This document shows, piece after piece, positions 59,201 through 64,000 of a stretch of 64,000 bases of DNA. Below the pieces are notes generated by a model. That model made no database searches. It was not told the origin of the DNA and saw only the letters and a program-made list of their open reading frames with translations. The translations under genes and the position numbers were made by a program. Origin of the DNA: Camelus dromedarius (lineage: Eukaryota). Positions within the stretch are counted from its first letter, which is position 1. Each line of letters starts with the position of its first letter. The stretch covers positions 62,001 through 126,000 of the forward strand of contig NC_087438.1 in assembly GCF_036321535.1 (NCBI RefSeq). The letters run 5' to 3'.

Positions 59201-59867
59201 CCCAAGGAGTCGCATGGAAAACTACCCCACACGCTCCTGTCTCAGAACTCAGGATGCAGGAGATGGTGTCCATGGGGCTCGGCAGCAAGCCGTTCGTGGA
59301 CATCATGCCCAGCGACGCAGCCATAAGCCACCGGGCCATCGATTGTACCACAAAGGGAGCAGGTTAGCAGCCGTGGCCCTCTCACTGCACCCTGTCTACC
59401 CCGTGGCCACCACCTCGGGCTGGATGGGTGGCGGCCACAGGATGCCCGATGTGACCGCGGGGGAAGAAACCTGGTCGGTCTTCCAGGTGGCCATCTTGTT
59501 CTTAAATCTAGGCTGCACCTCCAGAGTAGAGGCCAGACTTGTCTTCTGTTCCCATCCAGAGGGACCAACCCCGGCATGCATAGCTGTGCCCTCCTTCAAG
59601 AGACCGCACTCCACCATCTCGGACAGCAGCACCTCCTCCTCCAGCAGCCAGTCCTCCTCTGCCCTGGGGTTTCTGCACCTGCAGGCATCTGCCAGCACAA
59701 ACCGTGCAAGCCTGCTGAGCCCTGCCTACTGCCCTTGGCCACAGGACATCCACGAGGAGGACGAGCCGGAGCAGGGTTCCGGGAGCCCACCTTCCCTGCG
59801 TGAGTGCCCTTGTACACTGGAGCAGCTCGGGTCGGGTGCCAGCTCACGTGTTCAGTATTTCACCTAA
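5085..59867 (+). CDS. PLEKHG4B: Spliced CDS span (20 exons, 1566 aa) of pleckstrin homology domain-containing family G member 4B, a DH-PH RhoGEF
   Basis: Twenty GT-AG exons join without frameshift (4701 nt). Diagnostic peptides: [101 protein letters not shown] domain ([11 protein letters not shown]...[15 protein letters not shown]...QLRHGNDLL), PH domain, [22 protein letters not shown]. These match my recollection of PLEKHG4B rather than PLEKHG4 or ARHGEF40. Confidence 0.93.
9200..10720 (-). mobile_element. Old LINE-1 fragments (nested 3' ends plus an ORF2 piece)
   Basis: L1M-type 3' UTR wording (ccatttaaag...ttcagtggcattt; ccctggcaaccaccattctgctttctgtct) and antisense ORF2 ([15 protein letters not shown]). 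Confidence 0.85.
10762..11861 (-). mobile_element. Younger 5'-truncated LINE-1 3' end
   Basis: ORF 11301-11930 encodes the ORF2 C-terminus ([10 protein letters not shown]...[15 protein letters not shown]...PYDPAIP), followed by 3' UTR. Confidence 0.93.
12523..12650. mobile_element. Possible MER81-like hAT DNA transposon relic
   Basis: ttgtccaagttgaaacattttgaggtgaaaagagagctatt resembles the recalled MER81 core. Confidence 0.4.
15885..16045. mobile_element. MER58-like hAT-Charlie fragment
   Basis: ttccaatgaactttacttatggccactaaatttgaatttcagataattttcacatgtcac resembles recalled MER58B. Confidence 0.55.
19595..19730. repeat. Degenerate (TG)n/(CATG) simple repeat
   Basis: gtgtgtttgtgtacatg...tgtgtgtgcatgtg. 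Confidence 0.7.
25553..25750 (+). CDS. PLEKHG4B: Exon 2 ([10 protein letters not shown]...LQQEAC)
   Basis: ctttcctttcag acceptor, TGT|GTAAGT donor, 198 nt; conserved Solo-family N-terminal motif LYPPFEATA. Confidence 0.93.
25758..25998 (+). repeat. Minisatellite, 27-31-bp unit GAGCCCCTCCCTCGGGGG(A)GTGGAACCCGT, about 8 copies
   Basis: Direct tandem units starting a few nt after the exon 2 donor. Confidence 0.95.
27970..29200 (+). CDS. PLEKHG4B: Exon 3 ([16 protein letters not shown]...CTREE)
   Basis: cttgtcccag acceptor, AAG|GTAAAT donor, 1231 nt open frame within ORF 27961-29385; ends phase 1. Confidence 0.93.
29213..29370 (+). repeat. C/T-rich low-complexity tract with a duplicated 21-bp unit
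   Basis: cccctctcctcccctctccca x2 just after the exon 3 donor. Confidence 0.8.
29481..29881. mobile_element. MaLR (MLT1-type) solo LTR
   Basis: acaacaaagtac...caacagaagttattccttacagttctggagccagaa...ttggatttagggccaccc...ttcagcccaccaca, typical MLT1 layout. Confidence 0.8.
30125..30303 (-). mobile_element. Short LINE-1 3' end
   Basis: ttgaagtatagtcagtttacaatgtgtcaatttctggtgtaca..., same family as 10762-11861. Confidence 0.85.
30716..32041 (+). mobile_element. 5'-truncated LINE-1 (ORF2 C-terminus, 3' UTR, short A tail)
   Basis: [15 protein letters not shown] and MANRHMKRC...[26 protein letters not shown]. Confidence 0.93.
32869..32982 (+). repeat. Minisatellite, 32-bp unit TGAGGRGATGGGTGAGGGCGAGACCCCCTCTC, about 3.5 copies
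   Basis: Direct tandem repeat visible in sequence. Confidence 0.92.
33284..33475 (+). CDS. PLEKHG4B: Exon 4 (...[17 protein letters not shown])
   Basis: ttccctcgtgcag acceptor, CAG|GTGAGC donor, 192 nt, phase 1-1. Confidence 0.88.
33490..33790. mobile_element. MaLR (MLT1-type) LTR fragment
   Basis: aacaacagaactttgtttctcacagtcctggggctgg...agggcactgatcccattcatgagggctccaccctc. Confidence 0.75.
34335..34458 (+). CDS. PLEKHG4B: Exon 5 ([13 protein letters not shown]...YLHSIP), Sec14-like region
   Basis: ctctttccacag acceptor, CAG|GTGGGA donor, 124 nt, phase 1-2. Confidence 0.92.
38102..38195 (+). CDS. PLEKHG4B: Exon 6 ([16 protein letters not shown]...ALQ)
   Basis: ttctttctccag acceptor, CAG|GTGAGT donor, 94 nt, phase 2-0. 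Confidence 0.92.
40720..42150 (+). mobile_element. Old LINE-1 3' region with a younger L1 3' end nested at ~41490-41760
   Basis: ORF2 relics ([18 protein letters not shown]). The nested insert ends in an A tail and has aaaaacc..gaaa on both sides, resembling a diverged target-site duplication. Confidence 0.8.
42324..42410 (+). CDS. PLEKHG4B: Exon 7 ([29 protein letters not shown])
   Basis: tttctaatttcag acceptor, CAG|GTAATG donor, 87 nt, phase 0-0; not in the ORF track, read directly from sequence. Confidence 0.9.
42718..42868 (-). mobile_element. tRNA-derived SINE (camelid Vic-1 type)
   Basis: Reverse complement begins ggggagggtatagctcag...ggtcctgggttcaatccccagtacc (A and B boxes) with an AT-rich tail. 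Confidence 0.85.
42875..43930 (-). mobile_element. Old LINE-1 fragment interrupted by a SINE
   Basis: gaaggatatttttgctgggtgtagaattc...gtttctgatgaaaagttc...ctattaagcccatccagtgaattttt; boundaries approximate. Confidence 0.65.
43310..43479 (-). mobile_element. tRNA-derived SINE (camelid Vic-1 type)
   Basis: ggtactggggattgaacccag...tgagctataccctcccc, second copy. Confidence 0.85.
44621..44737 (+). CDS. PLEKHG4B: Exon 8 ([39 protein letters not shown])
   Basis: tccttggcag acceptor, CAG|GTAAGA donor, 117 nt; QLTxxLxGxxPYxH motif typical of the end of the Sec14-like domain. Confidence 0.93.
45045..45143 (+). CDS. PLEKHG4B: Exon 9 ([17 protein letters not shown]...TAQ)
   Basis: cctcaacag acceptor, CAG|GTAGGT donor, 99 nt, phase 0-0. 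Confidence 0.9.
45757..45899 (+). CDS. PLEKHG4B: Exon 10 ([19 protein letters not shown]...[14 protein letters not shown]...)
   Basis: ccccgtgcag acceptor, CCG|GTGAGT donor, 143 nt, phase 0-2. Confidence 0.92.
46428..46548 (+). CDS. PLEKHG4B: Exon 11 ([31 protein letters not shown]...DQ)
   Basis: ttctctttccag acceptor, CAG|GTCAGT donor, 121 nt, phase 2-0. Confidence 0.9.
50050..50184 (+). CDS. PLEKHG4B: Exon 12 (RYCQRGLG...[29 protein letters not shown])
   Basis: cttcttgggccgcag acceptor, GAG|GTAAGA donor, 135 nt, phase 0-0; resembles the recalled orthologous segment. Confidence 0.8.
50849..51606 (+). CDS. PLEKHG4B: Exon 13 (VSRWTPQC...[18 protein letters not shown]...QAE)
   Basis: ctttgctgtgcag acceptor, AAG|GTAAGG donor, 758 nt within ORF 50828-51610, phase 0-2. 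Confidence 0.9.
51626..51764 (+). repeat. Minisatellite, 35-bp unit CCTGGTGGTCAGGGGGACCTAGACCGGCCTGAGGG, about 4 copies
   Basis: Direct tandem repeat about 20 nt after the exon 13 donor. Confidence 0.92.
53817..54035. repeat. Compound (TATG/TACG)n microsatellite
   Basis: gtatgtacgtatgtacgtacatacgtatg..., about 220 bp. Confidence 0.95.
54036..54159 (-). mobile_element. tRNA-derived SINE (camelid Vic-1 type)
   Basis: ggtgctggggattgaaaccaggacctcgtgcatgctagg...actgagctacaccctcccc, third copy. Confidence 0.85.
54424..54676 (+). CDS. PLEKHG4B: Exon 14, N-terminal part of the DH (RhoGEF) domain
   Basis: ctgtcttccag acceptor, CAC|GTGAGT donor, 253 nt; [28 protein letters not shown]. Confidence 0.95.
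55652..55741 (+). CDS. PLEKHG4B: Exon 15, DH domain ([30 protein letters not shown])
   Basis: ctcctttgcag acceptor, AAG|GTTGTC donor, 90 nt. Confidence 0.93.
55815..56045 (+). CDS. PLEKHG4B: Exon 16, C-terminal part of the DH domain ([22 protein letters not shown]...RGCD)
   Basis: cccccttgcag acceptor, GAC|GTGAGT donor, 231 nt. Confidence 0.95.
56760..57180. mobile_element. MER21-like LTR
   Basis: acctgtgcttctgactgactggctataaaccaggggttcccac...ttaatttgcgagcatggctcacagaactcagggaaacac matches recalled MER21 wording. Confidence 0.7.
57242..57412 (+). CDS. PLEKHG4B: Exon 17, N-terminal part of the PH domain ([15 protein letters not shown]...[12 protein letters not shown]...QSFK)
   Basis: ctcacctgcag acceptor, AAG|GTAGTG donor, 171 nt. 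Confidence 0.94.
57914..58094 (+). CDS. PLEKHG4B: Exon 18, C-terminal part of the PH domain ([21 protein letters not shown]...WRQALRNR)
   Basis: gtggctgcag acceptor, GAG|GTGGGG donor, 181 nt, phase 0-1. Confidence 0.94.
59246..59362 (+). CDS. PLEKHG4B: Exon 19 ([32 protein letters not shown]...)
   Basis: cctgtctcag acceptor, CAG|GTTAGC donor, 117 nt, phase 1-1; SMGxGxKPFxDI family motif. Confidence 0.92.
59560..59867 (+). CDS. PLEKHG4B: Exon 20 (…[22 protein letters not shown]…); ends at TAA 59865-59867 if unspliced, or at an internal donor after 59799
   Basis: ttcccatccag acceptor, phase 1; internal donor TGC|GTGAGT at 59799/59800. Confidence 0.88.
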
Positions 59868-59914
59868 TTTTATACACTGCCAAAAGTTTCCAAACAATGT
59901 GGAAATTTTCTTTT

Positions 59915-59920
59915 ATTAAA
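59915..59920 (+). terminator. Candidate proximal poly(A) signal ATTAAA
   Basis: Lies 48 nt after the exon-20 read-through stop in an AT-rich patch; lacks a clear GU-rich downstream element. Confidence 0.35.
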
Positions 59921-60856
59921 GCAAAAAAAAGGTCTTCCACTTCCACTCCAGACAAGGTAACTGGAAAAGATTTATAACAAACAAGCAAAAAAACAAAAAC
60001 GGACAGAACAAATGCCCTCCAAAGCCCCAAATGTGCCACTGCTACCCATAAAATCATCTCTGAGGGTGTCCCCCACCTACCCCAAAGGCATCTCTGTGCC
60101 CGGAGGTGCTGGTGCTGGGCATTGAGACCCACTGGGGGAGCCCAGGCGAGCTGCTCCATCGCCTGCCCTGAGCGACCACTCTCCTGGGCGCCTCCTTCAT
60201 GCTCAGGCTGCAGGTGGCTCCATCTGGACTGCAGGAGGCAGCCTCAGGTCAGGCCTGAGTCTGGATGTGGGGTCTCTCCGGCATGGAGCCCATTTGTAAG
60301 ACGAGGCAAAGGGTCTGTGCTCGGCCTCCTACCCCCAGCACAGCACGTGGGGAAGCCACCCGACAGCCACTTGCAAGGTTGCTCTTGAGCTCAGGCTGGG
60401 GCCCCACTGTGGGGAGCGACCCTGTGGGCCTGGACCCTGCAGCCGAGGCTTCATCTGGGGTGACACGGGACAGGCCCCTGGGAACACACCTCCCATCCAG
60501 TCCTAGTCCCGCTTTCTATGGAAGCCACGTGGTCCTTCTTGCCTCACTTCTGGCTTTCCTCCCGTGGACTAGCACTTGGTGCCAAGTGTGAGACTTCTAC
60601 TGGCGGAGAGCTCGGCCTGAGCACCTCCCTGCCAGCCTTCCCTGGCCTCCTGATTTCCGAAAAGCGGTCAGAACTCTCTTGTCCACGAGCATCAATGTTG
60701 TCTGACCTCTAGTGGTGCCGTCCCTCCTGCTCTGACCGGCCGTGAATCTACACTGTCTCATCCTCCCTTCACAAGGCTCAGGGTCCGAGTGCCGGCCAGT
60801 TGGTGGGGGGGCACCGTGGGGCTGGAGGACAGTCCTCACTGGGCCCCTCTTTGCAG

Positions 60857-61023
60857 AGACTGAGAGCTTTGAGCCTTCACACTGCACGTCGGGGGACGGC
60901 GGCCCTGGCCTCCACCGGCCGTCTCAGCGCCCCACAGAGCTGTTCTCTGATGAGGATGCTCACCTGGCCCTTCCCAGGAGGGGCTCACAGCCGCAGCACG
61001 ACGGGGGCCAGTTCATCACCACG
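60857..61023 (+). CDS. PLEKHG4B: Probable exon 21 (TESFEPSHCTSGDGG...GQFITT)
   Basis: cccctctttgcag acceptor, ACG|GTGAGT donor, 167 nt, open in the frame required by the 59799 donor; CpG-rich like other exons. Read-through stop ends at 61053. Confidence 0.65.
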
Positions 61024-63528
61024 GTGAGTACCCTCCTCCAAGCCCCCACATGAGAGGCCCAGGTGCTTTGGGGGGTCAGTGCCTGCCCAAGTGATGCTGG
61101 GGTGCCCGTGACCACACAGACCACCCCTCACGGGCCACCCTGTGTGTGAATCGGCCCCACACTCCAGCGCCCACTGGCTCCATCCCCAATTCCGAGTTAC
61201 TTAGAGATTTGCAGGCCTTCTGGGCACCTGGATTCCACCCACCACACAGAGGCTGCACTCGTGCTGTCCAGCACATGCTGGTCCCAGGCTCAGCCAGGCC
61301 CACTCCAGGCCTTGCTCGAGCCCCCACAGTCCTGGGTGAGGGAGGACTTGCAGCTGGCCAAGGAGGTTTGTGAAGCCAGTCCCAGATGGGCCAGGGTCAG
61401 GGGCTCACCTCCAGCCCCGCCCTCTGACAGGATCGCATCCTGGGCAAGTCACAGTATCTCCTGTGCTGATGCTGGTGTGGGTGTGTCAGGAGGGCCTGAC
61501 ATCTGCCCCAGCCTGGTGCAGAGAGCACGGGAGACCCCAGACACCCTGGTTGCGCACAGGGACCTCAGACCCTGAAAGGGAGAGACTGAGGGGACAACCA
61601 GACAGGAAAGCACACATCACCTCTTTCAAAGACCTTTCGTCACCTGGGCCCGGCTGCTGGCTCAGTTCTCTGCAAGCGCGTTCCCCAGCCCTGTCGTGGG
61701 CAGCACCGGGAGAGAAGGTCCGATTCTGAGTGTGTGCTGAGCCACAGTCCAGAGAACAGGTTCCTCACAGTGACTCGTGACATCCCTGCCCTCTGCCAGA
61801 ACAAAACCCCTCATGGGCTGCTCCCCAACCCCTGACTCACTTCCCCTGGAGTCTCGCTGCCTAAACACTCTGGAGCCAGCGTAGCCGCAAGAGGCAGCAC
61901 GGGTGAGTTCTGACAGCTTAGGCATTTCTCCAACAGCAAGGGGTCAGGCCCCTGGCCCCTGGTGTGGTCCACAGAGGCCCAGTGAGGGGGCCAGCAGAGC
62001 CCACCTCCACCCACCCCAGCCTCCAGGGGTGGCTCCTTGGGCCCTCAGCACCTCTCCCTCTGAAAATAGGGGTCTCCCTGACACCCATTCACATCTGCCT
62101 GCCCCCCACAGCCCCAGTCCACCTGTCCCCACAGCCCCTCCTCCTCCCACAGCCGGCTGCACTGAGGGCCTTCAGCTGCACACATAGGTCCGGAGCTAAT
62201 CACAGGTCTACCAGTAACTAAAATAGACTGTTTCCCACAAGCCACATATAAAGTCGTCTACGTGCTTCTGTTCACACAATCTGCTGCTCGTGACACGTGG
62301 ACAGACACACACATGTTCTGGGGTCAGAGCAGCAAACACTGAACTGACACCTTTCAGGGCCAGATCCTTTCCCCTTGAAGTCAGATGCCCGGTGATGCTG
62401 GCTGGCTGGCTGCTACAGCCCCGCCGCTCACTCCATTGCCCAGACCTGCGAGTGTCAGCCTTGCAGAGAGTGTGTCTGGGTCTGGAGCCCTGTCCCGTCC
62501 TTGCCTGGCCCCAGCTGCTTCTTCAAAAGGATGCGTGTCCCCGAGTCTGAGCACACCTCAGGGCAGGAGGTCAGGGGGCCAGGTGGGAGGAGGGGACTTT
62601 GGTAACAGTGGTCCTTCTTTTGGCAGCTGTGATGGGTCTGGATGAGAAACAGCCCCTCCAGGGAGAACCCCTTGCAGAGCAAAGGAACCTCAACCTGCAC
62701 ATGTGCATGAGGTCACAAGGTCTGGGAATGAGACACTAAAGCTGGGGCTCCTGACCACCCCCTTCTGCCAGTCATGGGGCCACCGGTCAGCATGCCCCCT
62801 GAGGCCTGGGCATCATGTTATGGGCCTCCCCCATCCTGCCTGCACAGATGCCCCAGGATGCCCTGAATACTCGTAAGCAGCGGGAGGCCAGGGCAGGAGC
62901 ACAGGGACCCCCACATCCAGAGCAGAGGCCCACAGTGGAGGGGGTGCGTCTCAGAGGAGGGGGTGCGTCTCAGAGCAGGGGGCCTCTGGAACCATGTTTC
63001 CCCTGCCCTCCAGGCAGCTCAGGCCATGGGCGATGGTCCTCAGGTGCAGCCCCTACGAGGTGTGTCCCAGACGCAGGGGCCGCTTTCCTGAGTGTAATTG
63101 GAATCTCGGTCTTGTTTCCTTTTTAGCAAGCTGTGTGTGGCTAGTGGCACTAGAGTTAGGCTCCACCTGTGAGTCTGGGATGAGGCCACACCCTGCATCC
63201 CAGGTGGACCCCAAGCTGGGGCCGGGGCACAGCAGCTGGACCTGAAGCTCTGACCTAGCCTGTGCTAGGAAGTCCTGTCGGTGTGGGTGGTGCCCCAAGA
63301 GGACCCCTCACCACACAGAGGAGAGTCTGGGTAGACAAAGCCCTTCAGTGGCTTCCTGCCACAGGTGTACCCCAGATCCCACCCTGGGGCAGTGGCGTCG
63401 CCCAACGTCAGCCACCCAGCACAGGAGCAGGTGGATGGGCAGGGTCCTCACCTTCAGGATTTGCCGGCTCTGAATTGTTTTCCCTGTCACCAGTCTCGGT
63501 GCTGACAGTCCCAGACTTCAGGAACATA

Positions 63529-63534
63529 AATAAA
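63529..63534 (+). terminator. Candidate distal poly(A) signal AATAAA
   Basis: AATAAA followed by U/GU-rich sequence (ttgtttttttct...ttctgttgtgttgggg). Confidence 0.55.
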
Positions 63535-64000
63535 CTGGACATTGTTTTTTCTGCCATGTGGTCATGGTTCTCTTGCTGGGTTCTGTTGTGTTGGGGATGT
63601 CACCAGCACGCCTCCCCCAGGGAGCTTGGCCCCTGTGACTTTGAGGGGACAAGGCCCTGGGAGGACCTTCAGCTGGAGTGGGGGAAGCCGCTGCCCACTG
63701 TCCTCAGCCTCAGTCCCTCTGATAAAAGAAGGGGGTCCCAGCAGCGTGCAGGCACCTCATGGGGCCATTACTTATCTTCTCTTGAAATCAGGAATCAGGT
63801 GTCAGAAGTGCCCTCACATGCCCACTACCATGTCCCTAACTCCAGATGTGGGTCAGAAAGAGGGACTAGGCCCCCAGGGGCCCAAGAAAAGTTTTGTTAG
63901 TTCCTCCGACTGTGGGATGGCCCAGGGCTGGGGCAGACCCAGTCCAGGGGAGGGGGAGCAGCCCCCAGGATGGGCCACCCCCACAGTAGACACAGGGAAC

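Noticed and set aside
63262..63900. 212-aa ORF near the window end as a possible next gene
   Set aside because: Non-ATG start, no domain similarity, and it spans the candidate poly(A) signal.

Overview
Mammalian genomic DNA, very probably camelid: it carries three copies of a tRNA-derived Vic-1-type SINE. The window holds one apparently complete protein-coding gene on the + strand, the Rho-family GEF PLEKHG4B (Solo/quattro-type N-terminus, Sec14/CRAL-TRIO-like and spectrin-like middle region, DH-PH tandem). I assembled 20 GT-AG exons from a Kozak ATG at 5085 in a CpG island to a TAA at 59865-59867, giving 4701 nt and 1566 aa with every junction phase-consistent. A probable extra in-frame 3' exon lies at 60857-61023. 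The rest is intronic or intergenic: L1, L2, MaLR/MER LTRs, DNA transposon fragments, SINEs and GC-rich minisatellites. Nearly all other ORFs in the track are spurious. I see no evidence of a novel multi-gene system. The best leads are a decayed coding-like exon in intron 6, alternative C-termini with two poly(A) signals, a 58-bp intronic copy of exon 3, a 5'-inverted L1 capped by telomeric repeats, and VNTRs next to splice donors. Gene and repeat names come from recall of family sequences, not from database searches.
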